NCBI GenBank assembly: GCA_030390025.1
Contig: CM059438.1
Span: 54,872,001 to 54,936,000 of the forward strand
DNA from: Squalus acanthias
Taxonomy: Eukaryota
DNA: 64,000 nt
Direction: 5' to 3'
Shown: positions 1 through 10,221 of the stretch, one piece after another
How the letters are laid out: every line of letters starts with the position of its first letter
How positions within the stretch are numbered: the first letter of the stretch is position 1
Position numbers and translations under genes: made by a program
Notes under the pieces: model-generated
What the model saw: only the letters and a program-made list of their open reading frames with translations
Database searches by the model: none
Told to the model about the DNA's origin: nothing

Positions 1-3000
1 CAGGGCGGGAGATTCTGTGAGTAAACAGAGCGGGAGATTCTGTGAGTAAACAGAGCAGGAGATTCTGTGTAAACAGAGCGGGAGATTCTGTGAGTAAACA
101 GAGCGGGAGATTCTGTGTAAACAGAGCGGGAGATTCTGTGTAAACAGAGCGGGAGATTCTGTGTAAACAGAGCGGGAGATTCTGTGTAAACAGAGCGGGA
201 GATTCTGTGTAAACAGAGCGGGAGATTCTGTGTAAACAGAGCGGAAGATTCTGTGAGTAAACAGGGCGGGAGATTCTGTGTAAACAGAGCGGGAGATTCT
301 GTGTAAACAGAGCGGGAGATTCTGTGTAAACAGAGCGGGAGATTCTGTGTTAACAGAGCGGGAGATTCTGAGAGTAAACAGAGCGGGAGATTCTGTGAGT
401 AAACAGGGCGGGAGATTCTGTGAGTAAACAGGGCGGGAGATTCTGTGAGTAAACAGAGCGGGAGATTCTGTGAGTAAACAGAGCGGGAGATTCTGTGTAA
501 ACAGAGCGGGAGATTCTGTGTGAACAAAGCGGGAGATTCTGTGCAAACAGAGCGGGAGATTCTGTGTAAACAGAGCGGGAGATTCCGTGAGTAAACAGGG
601 CGGGAGATTCCGTGAATAAACAGAGCGGGAGATTCTGTGTAAACAGGGCGGGAGATTCTGTGAGTAAACAGAGCGGGAGATTCTGTGTAAACAGGGCGGG
701 AGATTCTGTGAGTAAACAGAGCGGGAGATTCTGTGAGTAAACAGAGTGGGAGATTCTGTGAGTAAACAGAGCGGGAGATTCTGTGTAAACAGAGCGGGAG
801 ATTCTGTGAGTAAACAGGGCGGGAGATTCTGTGTAAACAGAGCGGGAGATTCTGTGTAAACAGAGCGGGAGATTCTGTGAGTAAACAGAGCGGGAGATTC
901 TGTGTAAACAGAGCGGGAGATTCTGTGTAAACAGGGCGGGAGATTCTGTGAGTAAACAGAGCGGGAGATTCTGTGAGTAAACAGAGCGGGAGATTCTGTG
1001 AGTAAACAGAGCGGGAGATTCTGTGTAAACAGAGCGGGAAATTCTGTGAGTAAACAGGGCGGGAGATTCTGTGTAAACAGAGCGGGAGATTCTGTGTAAA
1101 CAGAGCGGGAGATTCTGTGAGTAAACAGGGCGGCAGATTCTCTGTAAACAGGGCGGGAGATTCTGTGAGTAAACAGAGCGGGAGATTCTGTGAGTAAACA
1201 GAGCAGGAGATTCTGTGTAAACAGAGCGGGAGATTCTGTGAGTAAACAGAGCGGGAGATTCTGTGTAAACAGAGCGGGAGATTCTGTGTAAACAGAGCGG
1301 GAGATTCTGTGTAAACAGAGCGGGAGATTCTGTGTAAACAGAGCGGGAGATTCTGTGTAAACAGAGCGGGAGATTCTGTGTAAACAGAGCGGGAGATTCT
1401 GTGTAAACAGAGCGGGAGATTCTGTGTAAACAGAGCGGAAGATTCTGTGAGTAAACAGGGCGGGAGATTCTGTGTAAACAGAGCGGGAGATTCTGTGTAA
1501 ACAGAGCGGGAGATTCTGTGTAAACAGAGCGGGAGATTCTGTGTAAACAGAGCGGGAGATTCTGTGTAAACAGAGCGGGAGATTCTGTGTAAACAGAGCG
1601 GGAGATTCTGTGTAAACAGAGCGGGAGATTCTGTGTAAACAGAGCGGGAGATTCTGTGTAAACAGAGCGGGAGATTCTGTGAGTAAACAGGGCGGGAGAT
1701 TCTGTGTAAACAGAGCGGGAGATTCTGTGAGTAAACAGGGCGGGAGATTCTGTGTTAACAGAGCGGGAGATTCTGAGAGTAAACAGAGCGGGAGATTCTG
1801 TGAGTAAACAGGGCGGGAGATTCTGTGAGTAAACAGGGCGGGAGATTCTGTGAGTAAACAGGGCGGGAGATTCTGTGTAAACAGGGCGGGAGATTCTGTG
1901 AGTAAACAGAGCGGGAGATTCTGTGTAAACAGAGCGGGAGATTCTGTGAGTAAACAGGGCGGGAGATTCTGTGAGTCAACAGAACGGGAGATTCTGTGAG
2001 TAAACAGAGCGGGAGATTCTGTGTAAACAGAGCGGGAGATTCTGTGTAAACAGAGCGGGAGATTCTGTGTAAACAGAGCGGGAGATTCTGTGAGTAAACA
2101 GAGCGGGAGATTCTGTGAGTAAACAGAGCGGGAGATTCTGTGAGTAAACAGAGCGGGAGATTCTGTGAGTCAACAGAGCGGGAGATTCTGTGTCAACAGA
2201 GCGGGAGATTCTGTGTAAACAGAGCGGGAGATTCTGTGTAAACAGAGCGGGAGATTCTGTGAGTCAACAGAGCGGGAGATTCTGTGAGTCAACAGAGCGG
2301 GAGATTCTGTGAGTCAACAGAGCGGGAGATTCTGAGAGTAAACAGAGCGGGAGATTCTGTGAGTAAACAGAGCGGTAGATTCTGAGAGTAAACAGAGCGG
2401 GAGAATCTGTGAGTAAACAGAGCGGGAGATCCTGTGAGTAAACAGAGCGGGAGATCCTGTGAGTAAACAGAGCGGGAGATTCTGTGTAAACAGAGCGGGA
2501 GATTCTGAGAGTAAACAGAGCGGGAGATTCTGTGTAAACAGAGCGGGAGATTCTGAGAGTTAACAGGGCGGGAGAATCTGTGTAAACAGAGCGGGAGATT
2601 CTGTGAGTAAACAGGGCGGGAGATTCTGTGTAAACAGAGCGGGAGATTCTGAGAGTAAACAGAGCGGGAGATTCTGTGAGTAAACAGGGCGGGAGATTCT
2701 GAGAGTAAACAGAGCGGGAGATTCTGAGAGTAAACAGAGCGGGAGATTCTGTGAGTAAACAGAGCGGTAGATTCTGAGAGTAAACAGAGTGGGAGATTCT
2801 GTGAGTAAACAGAGCGGGAGATCCTGTGAGTAAACAGAGCGGGAGATTCTGTGAGTAAACAGAGCGGGAGATTCTGTGTAAACAGAGCGGGAGATTCTGA
2901 GAGTAAACAGAGCGGGAGATTCTGTGAGTAAACAGGGCGGGAGATTCTGAGAGTAAACAGAGCGGGAGATTCTGAGAGTAAACAGGGCGGGAGATTCTGA

Positions 3001-4566
3001 GAGTAAACAGAGTGGGAGATTCTGAGAGTAAACAGAGCGGGAGATTCTGTGTAAACAGGGCTGGAGATTCTGTGTAAACAGAGCGGGAGATTCTGTGAGT
3101 AAACAGAGCGGGAGATTCTGTGAGTCAACAGAGCGGGAGATTCTGTGTAAACAGAGCGGGAGATTCTGTGTAAACAGAGCGGGAGATTCTGTGTAAACAG
3201 AGCGGGAGATTCTGTGAGTCAACAGAGCGGGAGATTCTGAGAGTAAACAAAGCGGGAGATTCTGTGAGTAAACAGGGCGGGAGATTCTGTGTAAACAGAG
3301 CGGGAGATTCTGAGAGTAAACAGAGCGGGAGATTCTGTGAGTCAACAGGGCGGGAGATTCTGAGAGTAAACAGAGCGGGAGATTCTGAGAGTAAACAGAG
3401 CGGGAGATTCTGTGTAAAAGGGCGGGAGATTCTGTGTAAACAGAGCGGGAGATTCTGAGAGTAAACAGAGCGGGAGATTCTGTCAGTAAACAGAGCGGGA
3501 GATTCTGTGTAAACAGAGCGGGAGATTCTGTGTAAACAGAGCGGGAGATTCTGTGAGTAAACAGAATGGGAGATTCTGTCAGTAAACATAGCGGGAGATT
3601 CTGTCAGTAAACAGAGCGGGACATTCTGTGTAAACAGAGCGGGAGATTCTGTGTAAACAGAGCGGGAGATTCTGTGTAAACAGAGCGGGAGATTCTGTGA
3701 GTAAACGGAATGGGAGATTCTGTCAGTAAACATAGCGGGAGATTCTGTCAGTAAACAGAGCGGGAGATTCTGTGTAAACAGAGCGGGAGATTCTGTGTAA
3801 ACAGAGCGGGAGATTCTGTGAGTAAACAGAGCGGGAGATTCTGTGTGAACAGGGCGTGAGATTCTGTGAGTAAACAGAGCGGGAGATCATGTGAGTAAAC
3901 AGGGCGGGAGATCATGTGAGTAAACAGGGCGGGAGATTCTGAGAGTAAACAGAGCGGGAGATTCTGAGAGTAAACAGAGCGGGAGATTCTGTGTAAACAG
4001 AGCGGGAGATTCTGTGAGTAAACAGAGCGGGAGATTCTGAGAGTAAACAGAGCGGGAGATTCTGTGTAAACAGAGCGGGAGATTCTGTGAGTAAACAGAG
4101 CGGGAGATTCTGTGAGTAAACAGAGCGGGAGATTCTGTGAGTAAACAGAGCGTGAGATTCTGAGAGTAAACAGAGCGGGAGATTCTGTGAGTAAACAGAG
4201 CGGGAGATTCTGTGAGTAAACAGAGCGGGAGATTCTGTGAGTAAACAGAGCGGGAGATTCTGTGTAAACAGGGCGGGAGATTCTGTGAGTAAACAGAGCG
4301 GGAGATTCTGTGAGTAAACAGAGCGGGAGATTCTGTGTAAACAGAGCGGGAGATTCTGTGAGTAAACAGAGCGGGAGATTCTGTGAGTAAACAGAGCGGG
4401 AGATTCTGTGTAAACAGGGCGGGAGATTCTGTGAGTAAACAGAGCGGGAGATTCTGTGTAAACAGGGCGGGAGATTCCGTGAGTAAACAAAGCGGGAGAT
4501 TCTGTGTAAACAGAGCGGGAGATTCTGTGTAAACAGAGCGGGAGATTCTGTGAGTAAACAGAGCAG
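1..4566. repeat. Minisatellite array of interspersed 23-bp (AAACAGAGCGGGAGATTCTGTGT) and 25-bp (...CTGTGAGT) units; runs off the left edge
   Basis: Direct tandem repetition for about 4.56 kb (roughly 190 units); ends by running into the CR1 5' region at about 4566. Confidence 0.97.
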
Positions 4567-4837
4567 TGGACCTGCGAGGGAGCAGCGGTTGTGGGAGAAA
4601 ATAAAGGTTGATGATTTTCAGGCCCAGTCGAGCAGCGGCAGAATTCAAGAGTGACGTCACAGTACAGAAAGTTATGCCGGAGCAGGGGCAGAAGCTAATT
4701 GGTGAGTAGTGGGTGAGTGCTTTTTTTCCCCTTCAATTTTAAGTTTATTTCTTTTAAGGTCGTTCATAGTTAAGGTAGATCGGGAGATCGAGAATCTGAG
4801 AGTTTAAATTTGTGGTAAGAGTTTTTAAATTAAAAGT

Positions 4838-5782
4838 ATGGCGGGGGACCTCAGTCCCGTGCATTGCACGGCCTGCAGCATGTGGGAATTCCTAGACGCT
4901 TCTTGCAGTCAGGATGACCACATGTGCAGTAAGTGCCAACAGTTTGGCCAACTTGAGATCCGGTTTTCGGAGCTCGAGCGTCAGCTGGAGGCACTGCAGT
5001 GTATCCGCAAGGCTGAGAGTTACATGGATAGCACGTTTTTAGACATGGTCACCCCGCAGCTTAAGAAAGTGCAGTCAGAGAGGGAATGGGAGACCACCAG
5101 TCAGAAGAAGGGGGGCAGGCAGGTAGTCAGGAAAGCCCCAGAGTGCATCTCACTCAACAACCATTTTTCTGTGTTGGAAAACGGTGAAAGTGACGGTTCC
5201 TCTGGGGAGTGCAGCCAGAGCCAAGTTCACGGCACTGTGGGTGGTTCAGCTGCACAAGCGGGGAGGAGTAAGAGTGGAAGGGCGATAGTGGTAGGAGACT
5301 CAATAGTGAGGGGTGCAGACAGGCGTTTCTGTGGCCGCAGACGTGACTCCAGGATGGTATGTTGCCTCCCTGTTGCCAGGGTCAAGGATGTCACTGAATG
5401 GCTGCAGGGCATTCTGAAGGGGGAGGGCGAACAGTCAGAGGTCGTGGTTCACATTGGTACCAACGACATAGGTAGAAGGAGGGATGAGGTCCTGCAACAA
5501 GAATTTAGGGAGCTAGGTAGCAGATTAAAAAGCAGGACCTCAAAGGTTGTAATCTCTGGATTACTCCCGGTGCCACGTGCTAGTGAGTATAGAAATAGGA
5601 GGATAGAGCAGATGAATGCGTGGGTAAAGAGTTGGTGCAGGAGGGAGGGCTTTAGTTTCCTGGATCACTGGGTCTGTTTCTGGGGAAGGTGGGACCTGTA
5701 CAAGTTGGACGGGTTGCACCTGAACCGGAACGGGACCAACATCCTTGCGGGGAGGTTTGCTAGTTCTGTTGGGGGGGTTTAA
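4838..5782 (+). CDS. CR1 ORF1p of copy A (N-terminal CxxC..CxxC zinc-finger-like motif, coiled coil, SGNH/GDSL esterase domain)
   Basis: 314-aa ORF with CTACS...CSKC, GDSIVRG, HIGTND and DGLHLN motifs typical of CR1 ORF1 esterase. Confidence 0.88.
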   Translation: MAGDLSPVHCTACSMWEFLDASCSQDDHMCSKCQQFGQLEIRFSELERQLEALQCIRKAESYMDSTFLDMVTPQLKKVQSEREWETTSQKKGGRQVVRKAPECISLNNHFSVLENGESDGSSGECSQSQVHGTVGGSAAQAGRSKSGRAIVVGDSIVRGADRRFCGRRRDSRMVCCLPVARVKDVTEWLQGILKGEGEQSEVVVHIGTNDIGRRRDEVLQQEFRELGSRLKSRTSKVVISGLLPVPRASEYRNRRIEQMNAWVKSWCRREGFSFLDHWVCFWGRWDLYKLDGLHLNRNGTNILAGRFASSVGGV

Positions 5783-6061
5783 ACTAACTTGGCAGGGGGA
5801 TGGGATACGGAGTGGAGCTATAGTAGGGGGTGATGCACAGCCAAATATAGAGGAAAAAAAAGTCAGTCTGGAAGGCAGAGCAAATATGTAACGGCACAAG
5901 GGAGTATGGCAAGGCTGGATGGCATTTATTTTAATGCAAGGAGTCTTGCGAGTAAGGCAGATGAATTGAAGGTATTGATGAACACATAGGAGTATGATAT
6001 TGTTGCTATCACAGAGACATGTTTGAGGGAGGGGCAGGACTGGCAGCACAATATTCCGGGG

Positions 6062-9000
6062 CGGCGGACCTGGGTGGAGCGGCTGCGGCGAGGCGGAGGA
6101 GTCAAGAGGCGGCGGCCACCAGGTAGGCCCACAGAGGCTTTTAAAGTGCGGGACGCAGTGGTTGCTGGGTAGGTGATTAATTTTTACCTGTATATAAGTT
6201 GGGCGGTTCCTAAACCCGAGACACTACACTTGTAGTGTCCCCCACCCTTCCTCCTCCTCTAACCTAAAGGAGGTAAGTGACTATCAGGTAAGCTCTTTTT
6301 TGTTCTAGTTTAATCTGCAAGTTAGCTGGAGGGGATGGCAGGGAAGGTAGTGAAATGTTCCTCCTGCAGAATGTTTGAGGTGAGGGACGCTGTAGGTGTC
6401 CCTGCTGATTACACCTGTGGGAAGTGCACCCATCTCCAGCTCCTCGAAAACCGTGTTAGGGAACTGGAGCTGGAGCTGGATGAACTTCGGATCATTCGGG
6501 AGGCAGAGGAGGTCATAGATAGAAGCTTCAGGGATGTAATTACTCCAAAGCATGAAGATAGATGGGTGACGGTGAGAGGGGCTAGGAGGAAGCAGTCAGT
6601 GCAGGGATCCTCTGTGGTCGTTCCCCTCAGTAACAGGTATACCGCTTTGAATACTGTTGAGGGGGACGACTTACCAGTGGTAAGGCACAGTGACCGGATC
6701 TCCGGCGCTGGGTCCGTCCCTGTGGCTCAGAAGGGAAGGGGGGAGAGCAGGAGAGCAATAGTTATTGGGGACTCAATAGTCAGAGGGACAGATAGGAGGT
6801 TCTGTGGCAGCAAAAGAGACTCACGGATGGTATGTTGCCTCCCGGGTGCCAGGGTCCGTGACGTCTCGGACCGTGTTTTCAGAATCCTCAAAGGGGAAGG
6901 GGAACAATCACAAGTCGTGGTACACATCGGTACCAACGACATAGGTAGGAGAAGGGACGGGGATTTAAAACAGGAATTTAGGGAGCTAGGTTGGAAGCTG
7001 AGAGCCAGTACAAACCATGTTGTAATTTCTGGTTTGTTGCCGGTGCCACGTGCTAGCGAGTTGAGGAACAGGGAGAGAGTGCAGATACACACGTGGCTGC
7101 AGGGATGGTGTAGGGGGGAGGGTTTCAGTTATGTGGATAATTGGAGCACATTCTGGAGAAGGTGGGACCTGTACAAACAGGATGGTTTGCACCTGAACCA
7201 GAGGGGCACCAATATCCTGGGAGGGAAATTTGCTACGGCTCTTCGGGGGGGTTTAATTTGTCAGGGGGATGGGAAAAAGGGCTGTAGTCCACGAGCCAGT
7301 GGTGAGTGTAGGGAGGTACTGAGGAGGGTATCAAGGTCGCAGGAATGTACCGGCAGACAGGAAGATGGCTTGAAGTGTGTCTACTTCAATGCAAGGAGCA
7401 TCCGGAATAAGGTAGGAGAACTTGGAGCGTGGATTGGTACTTGGGACTACGATGTGGTGGCCATTACGGAGACATGGTTAGAACAGGGACAGGAATGGTT
7501 GTTGGAAGTTCCGGGGTATAGATGTTTCAGTAAGAGTAGGGAAGTTGGTAAGAAAGGTGGAGGAGTAGCATTGTTAATCAAGGATAGTTTAACAGCGGCA
7601 GAAAGGCAGTTCGAGGGGGATCTGCCGTCTGAGGTAATATGGGCTGAAGTTAGAAATAGGAAAGGAGCGGTCACGTTGTTAGGAGTTTTCTACAGGCCCC
7701 CAAATAGTAATAAAGATGTGGAGGAAGAAATTGCAAAGCAGATTATGAATAGGTGTGGAGGTCACAGAGTAGTTGTCATGGGTGACTTCAACTTTCCAAA
7801 TAATGATTGGAACCTTTATAGGTCAAACAGTTCGGATGGGATAGTTTTTGCACAGTGTGTGCAGGAGGGTTTCCTGACACAATATGTGGATAGGCCGACA
7901 AGAGGTGGGGCCACGTTGGATTTGGTACTGGGTAATGAACCGGGCCAAGTGTTTGATTTGTATGTGGGAGAGCACTTTGGAGATAGTGACCACAATTCGG
8001 TAACTTTCACTATTGCAATGGAGAGGGATAGGGCCATACGGCAGGGCAGGGTTTATAATTGGGGGAGGGGTAATTATGATGCGATTAGGCAAGAATTAGG
8101 GAGTATAAGATGGGAACAGAATCTATCAGGGAAAGGCACAAACGAAAAGTGGAGCTTTTTCATGGAGCAATTACTGCGTGTCCTTGATAGGTATGTCCCT
8201 GTCAGGCAGGGAGGAAATGGCCGAGTGAGAGAACCATGGTTCACAAAAGAGGTTGAATGTCTAGTCAAGAGGAAAAAGGAAGCGTATGTAAGGATGAGAA
8301 AACAAGGTTCAGTTGGGTCGATTGAGGGGTACAAGGTAGCAAGGAATGAGCTAAAAAAAGAGCTTAGGAGAGCTAGGAGGGGGCATGAGAAGTCCTTGGT
8401 GGGTCGGATCAAGAAAAACCCCAAGGCTTTTTACTCTTATGTGAGAAATAAAAGAATGACCAGGGTGAGGGTAGGGCCGGTCAAGGACAGTAGTGAGAAC
8501 TTGTGCATGGAGTCAGAAGAGATAGGAGAGGTGATGAATGAATACTTTTTGTCAGTGTTCACCGAGGAGAGGGGCCATGTTCTTGAGGATGAGAGTGTGA
8601 TAAAGGTGGATAGGCTGGAGGTGGTAGATGTTCTAGCAATTTTGAAGAACCTGAGGGTCGATAAGTCCCCTGGGCCAGATGGGATATATCCTAGGATTCT
8701 TTGGGAGGCAAGGGAGGAGATTGCAGAGCCTCTGGCTTTGATCTTTGGGTCCTCACTGTCCACGGGGATGGTGCCAGAGGACTGGAGAGTGGCGAATGTT
8801 GTTCTTCTCTTCAAGAAAGGAAATAGGAATGACCCTGGTAATTATAGGCCGGTTAGTCTTACTTCGGTGGTTGGTAAGATAATGGAAAAGGTCCTGAGGG
8901 ATAGGATTTATGACCATTTGGAAAGGGGCAACTTAATCAGGGATAGTCAACACGGATTCGTGAAGGGTAAGTCTTGCCTAACAAATTTGATTGAATTCTT

Positions 9001-10221
9001 TGAGGAGGTAACTAAGTGTGTAGATGAAGGTAGAGCAGTTGATGTCGTATACATGGATTTTAGTAAGGCGTTTGATAAGGTTCCCCATGGTCGTCTCATG
9101 AAGAAAGTAAGGAGTTGTGGGATAGAGGGAAATTTGGCCGATTGGATAAGTAACTGGCTATCTCATAGAAGGCAGAGGGTGGTGGTGGATGGAACATTTT
9201 CGGACTGGAGACCAGTTACCAGCGGTGTGCCACAGGGGTCGGTGCTGGGTCCTCTGCTGTTTGTGATTTTTATCAATGACTTGGAGGAGGGGACTGAAGG
9301 GTGGATCAGTAAATTTGCTGATGACACCAAGATTGGTGGAGTAGTGGATGAGGTGGAGGGCAGTTGTAGGCTGCAAAGAGACATTGATAGGATGCAGAGC
9401 TGGGCCGCAAAATGGCAGATGGAATTTAACCCTGATAAGTGCGAGGTGATTCATTTTGGTAGGGCAAATTTGAATAAGGATTACAGGGTCAACGGCAGGG
9501 TTCTGAGGAACGTGGAGGAGCAGAGGGATTTGGGGGTTCATATCCACAGATCTCTGAAGGTTGCCACTCAAGTGGATAGAGCAGTAAAGAAGGCCTATGG
9601 TGTGTTGGCGTTTATTAACAGAGGGTTTGAGTTTAAGAACCGTGAGGTTATGCTGCAACTGTACAGGACCTTGGTGAGACCACATTTGGAATATTGTGTG
9701 CAGTTCTGGTCACCTCACTATAGGAAGGACGTGGAAGCATTGGAAAGAGTGCAAAGGAGATTTACCAGGATGCTGCCTGCTTTGGGGGGGAGGTCTTATG
9801 AGGAAAGATTGAGGGAGTTGGGGCTTTTCTCTTTAGAGCGGAGGAGGATGAGAGGCGACTTAATAGAGGTTTATAAGATGATGAGGGGGATAGATAGAGT
9901 GGATGTTCAGAGACTATTTCCTCGGGTAGAGGCAGCTGTTACAAGGGGGCATAACTATAAGGTGCATGAGGGGAGATATAGAAGGGATGTCCGAGGTAGA
10001 TTCTTTACTCAGAGAGTGGTTGGGGTGTGGAATGGACTGCCTGCTGTGATAGTGGAGTCGGACACTTTAGGAACTTTCAAGCGGTTATTGGATAAGCACA
10101 TGGAGCACACCAGAGTGATAGGGAGTGTGATAGCTTGATCTTGGTCTCGGACAATGCTCGGCACAACATCGAGGGCCGAAGGGCCTGTACTGTGCTGTAC
10201 TGTTCTATGTATCTATGTATC
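6062..10221 (+). mobile_element. CR1 LINE copy B: young, full-length, inserted into the endonuclease region of copy A
   Basis: GC-rich 5' UTR, continuous ORF1+ORF2, 3' UTR and (TCTATGTA)n tail; host codons ...CCG GGG | TAT AGA ATC... rejoin exactly with no TSD and with tail microhomology. Confidence 0.95.
6335..10138 (+). CDS. Fused CR1 ORF1-ORF2 polyprotein (zinc finger-coiled coil-esterase-APE endonuclease-reverse transcriptase), 1267 aa
   Basis: Single open frame with GDSIVRG/GTND/DGLH (esterase), YFNARS/ITETW/YRPP/GDFN/SDHN (APE endonuclease) and [12 protein letters not shown] (RT). Confidence 0.9.
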   Translation: MAGKVVKCSSCRMFEVRDAVGVPADYTCGKCTHLQLLENRVRELELELDELRIIREAEEVIDRSFRDVITPKHEDRWVTVRGARRKQSVQGSSVVVPLSNRYTALNTVEGDDLPVVRHSDRISGAGSVPVAQKGRGESRRAIVIGDSIVRGTDRRFCGSKRDSRMVCCLPGARVRDVSDRVFRILKGEGEQSQVVVHIGTNDIGRRRDGDLKQEFRELGWKLRASTNHVVISGLLPVPRASELRNRERVQIHTWLQGWCRGEGFSYVDNWSTFWRRWDLYKQDGLHLNQRGTNILGGKFATALRGGLICQGDGKKGCSPRASGECREVLRRVSRSQECTGRQEDGLKCVYFNARSIRNKVGELGAWIGTWDYDVVAITETWLEQGQEWLLEVPGYRCFSKSREVGKKGGGVALLIKDSLTAAERQFEGDLPSEVIWAEVRNRKGAVTLLGVFYRPPNSNKDVEEEIAKQIMNRCGGHRVVVMGDFNFPNNDWNLYRSNSSDGIVFAQCVQEGFLTQYVDRPTRGGATLDLVLGNEPGQVFDLYVGEHFGDSDHNSVTFTIAMERDRAIRQGRVYNWGRGNYDAIRQELGSIRWEQNLSGKGTNEKWSFFMEQLLRVLDRYVPVRQGGNGRVREPWFTKEVECLVKRKKEAYVRMRKQGSVGSIEGYKVARNELKKELRRARRGHEKSLVGRIKKNPKAFYSYVRNKRMTRVRVGPVKDSSENLCMESEEIGEVMNEYFLSVFTEERGHVLEDESVIKVDRLEVVDVLAILKNLRVDKSPGPDGIYPRILWEAREEIAEPLALIFGSSLSTGMVPEDWRVANVVLLFKKGNRNDPGNYRPVSLTSVVGKIMEKVLRDRIYDHLERGNLIRDSQHGFVKGKSCLTNLIEFFEEVTKCVDEGRAVDVVYMDFSKAFDKVPHGRLMKKVRSCGIEGNLADWISNWLSHRRQRVVVDGTFSDWRPVTSGVPQGSVLGPLLFVIFINDLEEGTEGWISKFADDTKIGGVVDEVEGSCRLQRDIDRMQSWAAKWQMEFNPDKCEVIHFGRANLNKDYRVNGRVLRNVEEQRDLGVHIHRSLKVATQVDRAVKKAYGVLAFINRGFEFKNREVMLQLYRTLVRPHLEYCVQFWSPHYRKDVEALERVQRRFTRMLPALGGRSYEERLRELGLFSLERRRMRGDLIEVYKMMRGIDRVDVQRLFPRVEAAVTRGHNYKVHEGRYRRDVRGRFFTQRVVGVWNGLPAVIVESDTLGTFKRLLDKHMEHTRVIGSVIA

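Noticed and set aside
1755..4660. Long minus-strand ORFs in the first array
   Set aside because: Translations of a stop-poor tandem repeat in several frames; no gene signals.
6200..6280. CGGTTCCTAAACCCG resembles a twister P4 loop or HDV P3/L3
   Set aside because: Could not build the required pseudoknot partners and catalytic residues in the right order; kept only as a generic structured UTR.
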